Position numbers and translations under genes: made by a program. The notes below the pieces were generated by a model. The model did no database searches. It saw only the letters and a program-made list of their open reading frames with translations, and had not been told where the DNA came from. This document shows positions 49,020-61,361 of a DNA stretch of 64,000 nt, in pieces. The stretch comes from Dictyostelium discoideum (taxonomy: Eukaryota). The DNA lies in contig CM000151.3 of assembly GCA_000004695.1 (NCBI GenBank), forward strand, positions 7,232,001 through 7,296,000, in the 5' to 3' direction. Position 1 is the first letter of the stretch; each line of letters begins with the position of its first letter.

Positions 49020-49450
49020 AAAACAATTTTTATTGTTGAAATTTCATTGCTTGTTTGTTGTAATTTCTAAAGTAATAATATTTTTGTTTTTCCCAAATTA
49101 TTATTTTTTAAAAGTTGAATATAAAAAAGAAGAAATTAAGAAATTTTAAAATCACTTTTTTTTGCCTTAAAAAAGCAATAAAGTCAAAAAAAATCTTCTT
49201 GAAGCGTAATAGCTTTAATCAAGTGTAGTATCTGTTCTAGAACGCTTAAAATCGTTCTGCTATCTAAGTGGTAGCTTTCGAATTTAATTTTATTTTTTAT
49301 TCGAGGTTTTTAGATGTTATTATAATAATATAGGCTTGCCTTTATTCATTACATCTTAAGTTGTATTCGCTCTGTATCGCACCATTTCAGAGTCAATAAA
49401 AGAGTACTACCTCTCCCTATTTAATTTTAATGAAAAAAAAATTTTAGTTT
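49020..49450. repeat. Non-coding conserved block, copy 2 of 45050-45480.
   Basis: It is near-identical to copy 1, with only a few substitutions over about 400 bp. Confidence 0.7.
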
Positions 49451-49650
49451 GCATGGAAAAATTAAAAAGTTTTTATATTATTCACAGAAATAATTATTTT
49501 ACTCACCAACCAATAAGAAAAGAAAAATAATAAAAGAGTTTCTATATCCTCTAATTATTATTATTTTAAAAAAAAAAAAAATAAATAAAAAAAAAATAAA
49601 AAAAAAATCAAATATTTTATTTATAGAATATATTGAAAAGATTATTTAAA

Positions 49651-50951
49651 TTAAAAATCTTCTTCAATTTCATCTTCAATGTCTTCATAGTCATCTTCAT
49701 TATCTGAATCATTGTTTTGGTTTTGATTTGATTTCACCCATGATGGTTTACCTGAGCCACATACTTCCATTGTACATTTTGGGAATGGATATACGTCTGG
49801 TACAACTGCACCTTCTGAAGTATAGGAAGCACCATTTGAGAATATAACTTGGAAGAAAAAGCCACTCCAACCTGATGTTGGTTTTAACATTGTGTGTGAA
49901 TAGTTATTGGATGATGATAAATTAATTTCTTGTGATGTCCATTTAATATTTTGGTAACATTCAGCAGCATTACAAGTAAACATACGGAAATCTCTTTTAG
50001 TTGATGAAATAGTAGTTGCTGACCATAATAATACTTTAGTTGCAACACCTTTGGTAACTTTAAGATTGATTGTGCCATAGTTTTTACAATCAGAGTAAGC
50101 AATGTTCCATGTGATTTCTGGACGTTCAATTCCATTTGCAACCAATTTGAAAAAGTTTGCAATATCAGTAGCACAACTTTGTTGTAAAATTCCACCATGG
50201 TTTGTATTTGGATAAATACCTAATTTTGTCTCACCTTTTAATAAATGAAAGAATGATTTAGTTTGATCGAAAAGGAAAAATTCATCAGATGTACCAAGTA
50301 AAATAAATTTAGCAATTGGTTTTAATGTATTTAAATAATTAATTGGATCAATAATCTTTGTAACCTTTTTAAAGTATTTGGTGTAAAGGAAATTTGTAAT
50401 ATTATGATTAACATAATCTTTAAGAGCAAATGACCAATTTCCATATGCTTCAACTTGTGCTTCAATATTTTCAACAAGATTTAAAATTGGAATAACCATT
50501 GGTGCAATACCAATAACACGTTTATCTACCATAGCTGCACCCCATGCTGTCCAACTTTTGAAATAAAAAAATAAATATATAATAAAAAAAAAATTAGAAT
50601 TAAAAGAATAATTTATAATAAATAATAATAATTAAAATTAACATACCCACGTTTAGAAGCACCAGTTACAATAAACTTTTTAATTGTGTAATTACCAGTG
50701 ATTGTTTTACCAAACTCTTGAATTGCATCCATTGCTTTTGTTGCTGATTTGGTTTGTGGAAGTAAACTAAGCCATGTTGGATCTTTAGTATCCATAAATT
50801 TACGCCATGTGTATGCTACAATATCATCCTCTGATCTTTGAACACCATCATTTTCAAAAATTATATATTGATTTGGTACTTGAAGAAGTGTAGCTGTAAT
50901 TTCACCTGATGCATTACATAACATTCCTCCAAATGAATCTAATTTACTATT

Positions 50952-50986
<35 letters not shown>

Positions 50987-51258
50987 ATTTATTTATATTT
51001 TAATTAATATTAATAATAATAATAAAAATGATTATTAATACTTACTTAATTGTTGGTACTGCCCAATTAATATTATTACCATTATTTACAAACAACAAAC
51101 CAGTTTGATGATTTGATGAATAGTTATTTGGTTTACAAATTGTTAACCAATGTTTCCAAATTGGTTTATCTGTATGACCACTCATCCATTGTTGTGATGC
51201 TATTTTTTTTATAATTATTATTGTTAATTTTATTTATTTATTTATTTTTTTTTTTTTT

Positions 51259-51301
<43 letters not shown>

Positions 51302-51492
51302 CTAATTAATAACATACCTAATTCTAAAACATAAACCTTTGCATAATTTATATCATATGTGGCGTTTAAAGTCCATTTATAGCTTGGATCATACTTTTCA
51401 ACATATTTTTTTAATTTTTTAGATTCTGATAAAACAGAACTACAACTAATTAATATTATTACAATCAAAAATAATAAATTATTTATTTTCAT
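49651..51492 (-). CDS. AprA-like secreted protein (PhoPQ-activated pathogenicity-related family), paralog of 35534-37288 in inverted orientation. Four exons, approx 51318-51492, 51046-51199, 50648-50947 and 49651-50554.
   Basis: It has a signal peptide (MKINNLLFLIVIILISCSSVLS) and reads YVEKYDPSYKWTLNATY..VLEL|ASQQWMSGHTDKPIWKHWLTICKPNN..NWAVPTIN|KLDSFGGMLCNASGEITATLLQVPNQ...FIVTGASKRG|GWTAWGAAMVDKRVIGIAPMVIPILN.. with an acidic C-terminus. It has one more intron than the plus-strand paralog. Confidence 0.8.
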
Positions 51493-52176
51493 TTCTTTGT
51501 ATGGTTTCTTTTGATAACACTCAAAATAAAAAAAAAAGAATAAAAAAAGGTTTTTAAATTAAAAAAAAGAAAATAAAAAAAAAAAACTAAATCATTGTCA
51601 TTAATTGAAAATCTTTAAAACCCAAAAAATCTGCAAATTTAAGTGATGGTTTTTTTTTGAAATTAAAAATTAAAAAGACTGACGTTACATAATGGGGCGG
51701 TTTATCGTTTTTTTTTTAAAAAAAAAATACAAAAATCACTGATTATTATTTAAAAGGAAAAAAATTATAAACCAAGACAATTATTATTTCACCTGGTCAA
51801 AAAGAATCAAAAAAATTTAGATATTAGTGTTCCAGTGCTCAACTAAAAATAGATTGAAAAATTAAAAAAAAAAAAAAAACAGTTTTCTTGAACAAAATTA
51901 AATATAATCACCACCGCGAGTGGTTTTTTTTTTTTTTTTTTTTTTTTCTTTCCTTTTAACTTATTTTTATTTTTTATTTATATTTTATTTTATTTTAATC
52001 TTTTTTTATATATATATTTATACATATATTTTATTTTTATTGTTTGATTTTATTAATTTAAAAAAAACAAACAATAAAAAAAAAAAAAAAAAAAGAATTA
52101 AAAATGAAGAGAGGAGGAGAGAGAGAAATTAAAAGGGAGAAAAATAAAAAAAATAAATTTTTTTTTTTTTTTTTTT

Positions 52177-52949
52177 TTAGTTGGCTGACAATTCAACTGG
52201 ATTAACATTTAAATCAACTTGTTTTGATGGACTCCCAGAGGATTGATCAAATTGAGTATTGTTTGATTGATCTTGAGTGGTTGATTCTTGAGTAGTTGAA
52301 GCTTCACTGGTATTTGATTCTTCAAGTGTTAAAAGATATTTTTTGTATTCTGTGACAATAGTTGGAAGTAATTCGACTGTCTTTTTCAATTCTGAAAGAA
52401 TATTATTTTCAATAACTGATGAAAACCATTGTAATGGACCTGTAAATCTAAATGTAACTTTTAATACCTTTAAACATGTATTATCATCTAATGGTTCAAT
52501 ATTAATTACACCTTCAACGCTATAGCAATAAATAAAAAAAAAAAAAAAAGAAAGCAAAAAAAAAAAATTAATATTCGCGCGCATGACATTTTTTAGATTT
52601 GAAAACTTGGAAAAAAAAAAAAAAATACATACTGAATATGTTCAGCCATAACTGGGGCTTGAGTTTTAAAACAAATTTCTCTTTTAACTTTTGACTTTGT
52701 TTGAGTATCTTGATAAGAAACCTCTTGATTAGCGGTTGTGAACTTTAATAAAATCTTTGGAATACTTGTTTTTGGTTTAATTTTAACGATTCTGTGAATG
52801 TGTGTTTCTTTATCGACCTCTTCGACCAACTCGTGAGAATCTAATCCTAAGAATGGGATTTGAAATTGGTCAAATTCTTTAGTTTCTGTAATCGAATAAA
52901 ACTTATCGGCGTTCATTGGAACAATAACTGTTAATGTATGTGTTGACAT
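52177..52949 (-). CDS. Hypothetical protein, tentatively PRELI/MSF1-like (SRPBCC fold), with a Ser/Thr/Gln-rich tail. Exons approx 52633-52949 and 52177-52519, about 219 aa.
   Basis: The product is MSTHTLTVIVPMNADKFYSITETKEFDQ...ICFKTQAPVMAEHIH|VEGVINIEPLDDNTCLKVLKVTFRFTGPLQWFSSVIENNILSELKKTVE... The donor is gtatgt in phase 2 and the acceptor is ..gctatag. The family assignment rests only on a weak pattern match. Confidence 0.55.
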
Positions 52950-53359
52950 TTTGTTTTATGTATATATATGTAATTTGTTTTTTTTTTATATTGAAATAAA
53001 AAATTTATAATGTATTTTTTTTTAATAATAAAATTGAATTGGTTGTTTTGCTGTTTTTATTGATTATCTCGTAAAATTAATTTAAATTTGAAAATTTATA
53101 TATGAATATTAAAATATTTCAAATCAAGATTATGTTTTTTGTTGCTGAAAATAATTAATTTAAGATTGAACTTTTTTTGAATAAATAAATAAATAAAATT
53201 TTTAAACTAAAAATTTTTTATTTTTTTTTTAAATTTTTTGTTTGTTTATTTGTATTATATGTAAAAAGAAAAAAAATGCAATGGTTAATATATATATATA
53301 TATATTTATATAGAGATTATTTTTGTTGTAAAGAGTAAATTAAAAAAAAAATTAAAAAG

Positions 53360-53419
<60 letters not shown>

Positions 53420-53551
53420 AAAAAATATAAAATATAATAAAAAAAAAAAAAAAAAAAAAGAATTCAACAGCAAAACAAAACAACCCAAACACACAAATGA
53501 AAAAAATTAATTTGATATGGAAAAATTGTGGTTTGTGTGTGAAAATAATAT

Positions 53552-53591
<40 letters not shown>

Positions 53592-53911
53592 TTTTGTTTT
53601 TATTTTGTATGAGGTGGTAGTTTTAATATGATAGCGACTAATAGATTAACTATTCCACATATGTTGTAATGAGTTTTAACTTGTGGAATATAAGAATCTT
53701 CTATTCTATTTGATTATTTTATATTATTTTTTATTTTTTTATTTTTTTTTATTTTTTTTTTATTTATGTCATAAAAAAAGAAGAAAAAAAAAAAAAAAAA
53801 AAACAGATATTTGTATATCTATATTAAATACAAACTTTTTGTTATATGTCTTTTTTTTAAATGTGAGGAATAACAAAAATAAAAAAATAAGGGCAAAACA
53901 AAATATTATTT

Positions 53912-53952
<41 letters not shown>

Positions 53953-54321
53953 GATTAATTATTAGATTTTTTAATTTTTTTTTTTTTTTTTGGACACAAC
54001 CGCCAGAAAATACTCGAACATAACGCAATTGTTTTTACGAATTTACACATAAACCAAAATTAAAAAAAAAAAAATTAAAAAAAATAAAAATAAAATAAAA
54101 ATAAAAAAATTTTAATTCGTAACGAACCTGGTGGATGTGAATGAAAAAAAAAAAATTCCCTTTAGAATAAATTTAATAAATAATTAAAAATAAAAATAAA
54201 ATAAAAATAAAAAAATAAAAATAAAAATAAAAAAAAAAAAAAAATTTACTTTTATATCTATTTGATTTGTGTTCTAAAAAAAAAATAAGCTAAAAAAAAA
54301 AAATAAAGAAGAAAATAGTTA

Positions 54322-54353
<32 letters not shown>

Positions 54354-54724
54354 TAAATAAAAATTAAAAAAAATATTTTTAAAATAAAAATGATGAGCGG
54401 GCTTTTCGAACGGGATGTCGTAAAGCAAGCGTTGACAGTGCACAATAAACTCATTTTTTGAAATTTTGTATAAATGGATTATAATAAACAGAGCATTTTG
54501 ATTAATGATAATAATACTCACATTACAAGATATCGGGGAATTAATGGATTTCAAGATTTTTTATTTTGAAAGAATAATTAAATTTCTATTGCAAAAAAAA
54601 AAAAAAAAAAAAAAATTTTAAATTGGAAAAAATAAATAATTTAAAAAATATTTAATTTTGGTGAATATGAAAAGTTTTGTTGTTGTTGATTGACAGTAAA
54701 TAGTTTTTATTTATTTCTAAAATA

Positions 54725-54764
<40 letters not shown>

Positions 54765-54778
54765 AAATATTTATTTTG

Positions 54779-54814
<36 letters not shown>

Positions 54815-55389
54815 AAAATTAAATTATTACAATTTAAATTTATTTTATTTTATTTAATTATTAGGGTTATATACCAACATAATGTTTTTTTTGAGGTTTA
54901 GATATCAACTGATTCTCAATGACACTATCACCCAAAGTAAAGTGGCTTTTCTGACTTTGCTTTCAAAATTTTATTTTTTTATTTTTTTAATTTTTTTTTA
55001 TTTTTTTTTTTTTTTTTATGAATATTTAGTTAATTTCCACCTAAAAAAAAAAAACAACCGTCACAGGAAGAAAGAAAAAAAGAATAGATCTAATTAAGAC
55101 AATTAATAATTTTTAATTTTTAAATAATTAAAAAATAAATAAAGTAAAATAAAATATATAAAAAGTAATAAATTTAAAAAATAAAATAAAATAAAATTTT
55201 TATTAATTTTAAATTATGAAAGTAATAAATCATAAAAATTCTTAATCAATTTTTTTATTTTTATTTTTTTTTTTTTTTATTTTTTTTTTTATTTTTTTTT
55301 TTTTTTGAAAATGAAATTTTTGTTTTTTTTTTTTAAATTTTTTTTTATTTTTGAATAAGAGAATCAATAAAAGTAATTCATACAATAAA

Positions 55390-56028
55390 ATGGCACCACA
55401 AAAAGTTAAAGCACTAGAATTATTAAAATGGGGTGTATACTTTGGAATGCCAATCATAGCAACTATTCATGTTTTAGACCCTGACAGATTAGATAATTTA
55501 ATTATGAAAGTATGTATATACTTTTTTTATTATTACTTTTTCTTTTCACCCAAACATTCTTTCTTTACTTTTTTTTTTTTTTTTTCTTTGTGTTTTTTTT
55601 TTTTTTCAAATAAAACCTTTAACGAAAACACATCACTTTTTTTTTGAAAAGATAAATATAACCCCCTTCCAAAAAAAATGAAATTTCGTTTTTTTTTGGG
55701 AAAAAAAAAAAAGGGGTTTTATCTTGAATATTTTGAAAAAAAAAAAAAAAAAAAAAAAAAAAATCGCAATGTGACATCAACAACATCATGGTGTGATAAA
55801 TTAAAATGAGAATCAATAATGACACCATAAACAACAAATATATTTGATTACGATTTGAATCGAAACTAACATCAAATTTTTTTTTTTATGTCACAAAAGC
55901 ATCAATTTGTTGTTTACCCACCAGAAGCACAAACACAAGAAGAATTTAAAAAGAAAGAATTGGAATATTTTGAAAAAAGAACCACTAAAAGATTATTAGA
56001 ACAACAACAACAACCAACAACCAATTAA
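55390..56028 (+). CDS. PET100 homolog (cytochrome c oxidase assembly factor). Exons approx 55390-55509 and 55900-56028, about 82 aa.
   Basis: MAPQKVKALELLKWGVYFGMPIIATIHVLDPDRLDNLIMK|HQFVVYPPEAQTQEEFKKKELEYFEKRTTKRLLEQQQQPTTN aligns with PET100 (..KLEIFRM.IYLTFPVAMF.....WPPEKLQEIEEFKERL..). The donor is gtatgt in phase 0. The intron is about 390 bp. Confidence 0.68.
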
Positions 56029-56117
56029 ATATGTATATAGTAAAAAAAAAAAAAAAAAAAATAATAATAATAACAACTAATAATATAATGATAATAAAGT
56101 GTAAAATCTTTATTTTC

Positions 56118-56239
56118 TTATTGTTTATATTGATATAATAATGGGAAAAATTTAATTGTTCCATCATTGTAGGCCTAAATAAAAAAAAAAAAAAAAAAAA
56201 AGTAATAAATGGTTAGAAATTTGTAAATTTTAAAAGGTG

Positions 56240-56271
<32 letters not shown>

Positions 56272-56275
56272 ATTA

Positions 56276-56351
<76 letters not shown>

Positions 56352-56789
56352 TTACAATTGATAATAAAGAACCTTTTTTATAATTTGGGACAAAAGAAAC
56401 TGATTGAATTGATTGATCTTTTGACCTTATGAAACCTCTTGGTGTTACAGAAAATTTAGGATAAGTTTTAATTTTATAGATTGCACAATAAGTATCATTA
56501 TTTCTACTCTTGCTATTTAAATAAAAGATGACAGCCAATCTTTGACTATCAGGTGACCATGCAATTTTCTTTATATGTCCGCCTAAAAATAATTCACTAC
56601 TACTTGAACCACCACCACTACCACCAACATTTTGTAATCTATAGGTTGAAGTTTTCTCAACATACATTAATTCACCACCTGATTCAAATGCTCTATTTAT
56701 ACATTGAATAAACTGAATTCTATCACCACTTGCAACTGCTAAATATTCACCTTTTCCATTCCATGATCCTGTCTAATAAAAAATAAAAA

Positions 56790-56839
<50 letters not shown>

Positions 56840-57937
56840 CTTTAGAATTATATATAGAGGTGGTTTATTTTATAAGAAATAAATAAATAAACTTACTTGA
56901 TAATTTGTTAACATTGGCCATTCTTTATTATTGTAATCCCATTTTGAGATATCGAAAATTCTACAAGTTTTACCACCACAAGATAAAAGATAATCATTTT
57001 TTGGAGACCAAACTAATAATGAGTTACCATTATAACGTGGTATGAATGTTGGTACTCTAGATACAACATCCCATAATAGAATTGAACTATGATTAGTTGA
57101 ACCACATGCTAATTGTAAACCATTTGATGACCATGTAATTGTATTTGATAAAAAGTATGGATAATTTAAAATATTTGCACAAGTACTTGATTGATTAATT
57201 CTATAATTTGGTGATGTTCTCTTTAATTCAACTTTTAAATCACTTATATCAATTTCCCATAAAATTATACCATTTCTATTTAATTAAAAATAAAAAAAAA
57301 AAAAAAAAATTATTATTATTTAAATTAATATTATTATTGTTTTTGTTATTGTTTTTGTTATTATTAATACTTACTCACAAGCAACAGCTAAAGTATATGG
57401 TAAGAAAGGTTTCCATTGTATATCATAAACTTTTGATTGTAATTCAAACCATAATGTTAAAGGTCTGACATTACCCATACCATACATATCTTGATTTGGG
57501 AAATAGTAGATATAAATAACATCATTTTTATTACAAACTGCAAGTAATCTATGTTGTGGATGCCATGACATTACTTTAATCTTTTTATTTTGTAATGAAT
57601 CATCTTCATTCGAGGAGGACGATGATGATGATTGATTTGATGATGATGATGATGGTTTAAATACTTGATTAATCGATTCAATAGTTTGATAAAAATTAAT
57701 TTGAAACTTTTGTAATAATGTTGGATTTGGTGTTTTTAATGCAGATTCACTCTTTTTATATTCTTCATCAGAAATTTTCAATTCTACTAAATTCTTTCTC
57801 TCTAATAATAATTCATATGGTAATTTACTTTCATCTGTAAATGAATCTAATTTAGATTTATATTCACCATAAACTTGTTGTTCACCAATTGCTGCTGTAT
57901 TTATAAATTCTTCAAAACAATTATGTTCTTCAATCAT
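56118..57937 (-). CDS. Aladin (AAAS) WD40 nucleoporin homolog. Four exons, approx 57375-57937, 56897-57275, 56356-56772 and 56118-56174, about 471 aa.
   Basis: ..IKVMSWHPQHRLLAVCNKNDVIYIYYF...YDIQWKPFLPYTLAVAC(E) aligns with Aladin LRVFAWHPHTNKFAVA...LAWKPLSASVLAVACQ. ..ILLWDVVSRVPTFIPRYNGNSLLVWSPKNDYLLSCGG.. aligns with IRVWDVSTETCVPLPW..LLWSPDGSKIL. The C-terminus ..KGSLLSI|AYNDGTIKFFPLLYQYKQ aligns with [22 protein letters not shown]. Donors are all gtaagt and phases are consistent. Intron 3 carries a (TAA)30 repeat. Confidence 0.8.
56255..56348. repeat. (TAA)n of about 30 units inside the last intron of the Aladin gene.
   Basis: ATTATTATTATT.. on the plus strand, directly visible. Confidence 0.9.
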
Positions 57938-57997
57938 TTTTCTATTATTTTATGAAAAATAATAATAATTATCTTTTTAAAAAAAATGAATAAAATG

Positions 57998-58031
<34 letters not shown>

Positions 58032-58265
58032 TGGAAGTGTCGAAAATTGAAATTTAAAAAAAAATAAAAAAAAAAAAAAATAAAAATAAAATATTAATAT
58101 TAATAATGATAAACTTCTTGAATATTAATATTAATATTTGCCAATCCCTTTTTTTTTTTTTTTTTTTTTATTTAATAATAAATTTTAAAATTGGTTCTTT
58201 ATTTTTATTTTTTTTATTTTTTATTTTTTTATTTTTTTATTTTTTTTATTTTTTTTATTTTTTTA

Positions 58266-59176
58266 TTATACAAAAGTATTATAGCCATCATAAATTCCTT
58301 TAGCAGCAGTACCAGTTACTTTTAATGCAGTTTCAGCATCAATTGAAATATTGAAATTTGGAGCTACAGATGGTGCACTTAAATTAAACTCTAAATTACC
58401 ATTATTCATTGTTGGTGCAACGTTAACTGGTGGTGGTACGAAACCAACGCCATTAACATTAACTTGATTTGGTTGATAATTGAATGATGGACCACTTGGT
58501 GAGTGTGGTTGTGGGTTACCTCCAATTGGTAAAATACTTTGAACAAAACCTAAAATACCACCGGAACTACCTGGTGCAGGGAATCTAATTTCTAAATATT
58601 GTTTATGTTTTCTAACGACTTTATCATTAGCACCTTGTTTAACTATTTTTGGTTTACCTGTTTTCTCTCTAAAAGTAAATGTAATTCTTCTTTCTGCGAA
58701 ATAATTATTTGCTTCTTGTAATGCTGGTTGCATATTATTCTTTACCTTAATATATTTATCAATTTTATTAGTTAATATATATATAACTAATATAACTAAT
58801 ATAACTAATATAACTAATATATATATAATATATAATTTTTTAAACAAAATACACATACCTTACGTCTAAAGAAACAAACCATAACTACCATAACTACAAA
58901 ACCAACTAATAAAATTGTAAAACCAGAGGAAATTACTGACCAATCGAATTTAACAATACCAATAATGAATAAAATAATACCAAGGAAAATAATGATTAAT
59001 GGAATTGAAATTGTTTTTGGATAACGAGTTTTTGATAACATATTAATTCTATTAATAACTTGTTCAAATTCTTGTGGTTGCATAACTCCATTTAAACCAC
59101 TTGGATAATGTTTTGAAAAACCTTCAAAACCCTTACATGAGTTTGAATTAATTGTCTTTACTTTAACTCTATTCAT
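58266..59176 (-). CDS. Hypothetical two-TM protein with a Pro/Gly/Asn-rich C-terminal region. Exons approx 58859-59176 and 58266-58745, about 265 aa.
   Basis: The product is MNRVKVKTINSNSCKGFEGFSKHYPSGLNGVMQPQEFEQVINRINMLSKTRYPKTISIPLIIIFLGIILFIIGIVKFDWSVISSGFTILLVGFVVMVVMVCFFRRK|VKNNMQPALQEANNYFAERRITFTFREKTGKPKIVKQGANDKVV...PPPVNVAPTMNNG.. The donor is gtatgt in phase 0. The intron contains (TTAGTTATA)x4. Confidence 0.6.
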
Positions 59177-59392
59177 TTTTTTTTTTTTTTTTCTTCTTAA
59201 AAGCAACGAATTTTGAAAAATAAAAAAAAAATATATATTGTGTGTTAGTGGGAAGGAGAAAAAATAAAAAAAAAACAAAAAAAGTTTTAGTGCGATCAAA
59301 AAAAAAAAAAATAAAAAATTAAAAATAAAAAAAAATTAAATATTAAATAAAAAACTTTTTGGAAAAAAGAAAAAACTTTTGAAAAAAAAGGT

Positions 59393-59427
<35 letters not shown>

Positions 59428-59531
59428 TAAACTTTGTCCCGTTTTAATGAGATATTTCCTTTTTAAAATTTTTTTTAGTTTTTTTAGTTTTTTTTTTTTT
59501 AGTTTTTTTTTTTTTTAAAATTTATTTTATT

Positions 59532-59849
59532 TTAATTTTGTTCAACCAATCCAGATGTTTCATTTATTGAAAGTGATTTCAAAATAAAAGGTTCAATTTG
59601 GTCATCTTGAATATATTGAGAATTATAAATTGTATTACTAACTACAATTGTATTATGATTACTACCACTATTTATCCAAACTCTACCATTAACACCAACT
59701 GCAATTTCATAAGGTATATGTTTTCCTAAAATTTGTAATAAAAAACAATCTTCTGATAATAAACTATAAATATGTATATAAGAAATTAATTAGTATTAAT
59801 TATTCATATATATATATATGTTGGTATGAGAGTTGTGTTATTTTTATTA

Positions 59850-59888
<39 letters not shown>

Positions 59889-60461
59889 CATACTAATGTG
59901 ATAAACCTAATGAACAATTTAACATATAACCACCAATTAATTGACCGAAACCTTCTGCTTTTTGTTTTTGTGATAAACAAACAACCTCTGGTTCCATATC
60001 TCTATTTGCAACTGTAACACGGCAATAAATTAAATTACCAACATTTAATAAAGGTTTATTACTTTTTGTAGCACCTTCAAATGAATATGCTGATAATAAC
60101 GCACTACAACTTGACCCTATATCAACTTTAAACGATTCTGCATGTTTTTCAATAATTGTTCCTATAACCATATCTTCAACTTGTGGTACATACTTTAATA
60201 ATAAAACAAAAAAAAATGAATTAGATATATATATTTATAAATTTATACGTATGTTTTTAATATATAATGAAAATTTACCCTTTTTTGTTCATTTTCTATC
60301 CAATAAAATCTATGAAATTTACTATATCTTAAAACACCTGCTTTGGTTGCTAATACTGTATCTTTGGTTTGTAAAAGACCTGGTCCTATTCTAACTTTTA
60401 AATCTCCAATTTTACCAATAACATCACCTGGAACTACAAATTGATCTTTTAATGTATCCAT
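59532..60461 (-). CDS. Exosome complex component Rrp40 (EXOSC3; S1 + KH domains). Exons approx 60279-60461, 59894-60192 and 59532-59783.
   Basis: ..ENEQKR|YVPQVEDMVIGTIIEKHAESFKVDIGSSCSALLSAYSFEGATKSNKPLLNVGNLIYCRVTVANRDMEPEVVCL... aligns with EXOSC3 ([67 protein letters not shown]). The C-terminus ..LLSEDCFLLQILGKHIPYEIAVGVNGRVWINSG aligns with [33 protein letters not shown]. Donors are gtaaat and gtatgt. Confidence 0.83.
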
Positions 60462-60482
60462 TTTGTATTATATATATATTTG

Positions 60483-60513
<31 letters not shown>

Positions 60514-60936
60514 ATTTTTCTTTTCTACTTTTGTATTTATGTGTAAGGTAAGAAGCAAAGGAGGTTGATGATTTTTTGTAGAATACAAATTTTAATTAAT
60601 CCAAAAAAAAAAAAAAAGATTTGTGATTATTTTTTTTTTTGGGGTGAAATTACGAAAATTTAGATATATTCAATTTTTTTGAATTTTTTTTATTTTACTG
60701 ACTTTTTTGAAAAAAAAATAAAAAGAAAAAATAAAAATTAAAAAAAAAAAAACAAAAAAAAAAAAAAAAAAAAGTCACCAATTACCCATCAGTACCACAA
60801 AAACCTTTTCAGTTATTTTTTTTATTTTTATTTTTTTATATTTATAAACATTAAAAATAAAAATAAAAAAAGAGGAGAACAAAGATATTATATATATCTG
60901 AGTTCTTTTTTTTAATTTTTTTATTTTTAATTATAA

Positions 60937-60968
<32 letters not shown>

Positions 60969-61361
60969 ACAAAAAAAAAAAAAAAAAAAAAAACCTTTCA
61001 CACCACCATTTTAATGAATTATAAATATATAATCAAATAAAAAGCCACAACATTTTTTTTTTTTTTTTTACCTTTGTTTTATTTTTTTTTATATATTTAT
61101 TTATTTAATTAATTATTTATTTATTTTGTCATCCACCAATCATCAATCCAACCAATCATAAATCAAATCAGCAAACATATATATAAAAACAAAAGTGGTT
61201 TTTTTTTTTTTTCCTTTTTTTTTTTTTAAAATTTTTTTTATTTGTAATATAGTAGTATTAAACCAATAGTAATAAAAGTTGTAAAAAATAAATAATAATA
61301 AAAAAAAGAAATAAACGAATAGGTTCCTAAAAGAGAATTATAAAAAAAAAAAAAAAAAAAA

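Noticed and set aside
54395-54470. Confident box C/D snoRNA call
   Set aside because: A C-box-like ATGATGA is present but I could not find a terminal CTGA D box or terminal stem. It is kept only as a low-confidence candidate in the findings.
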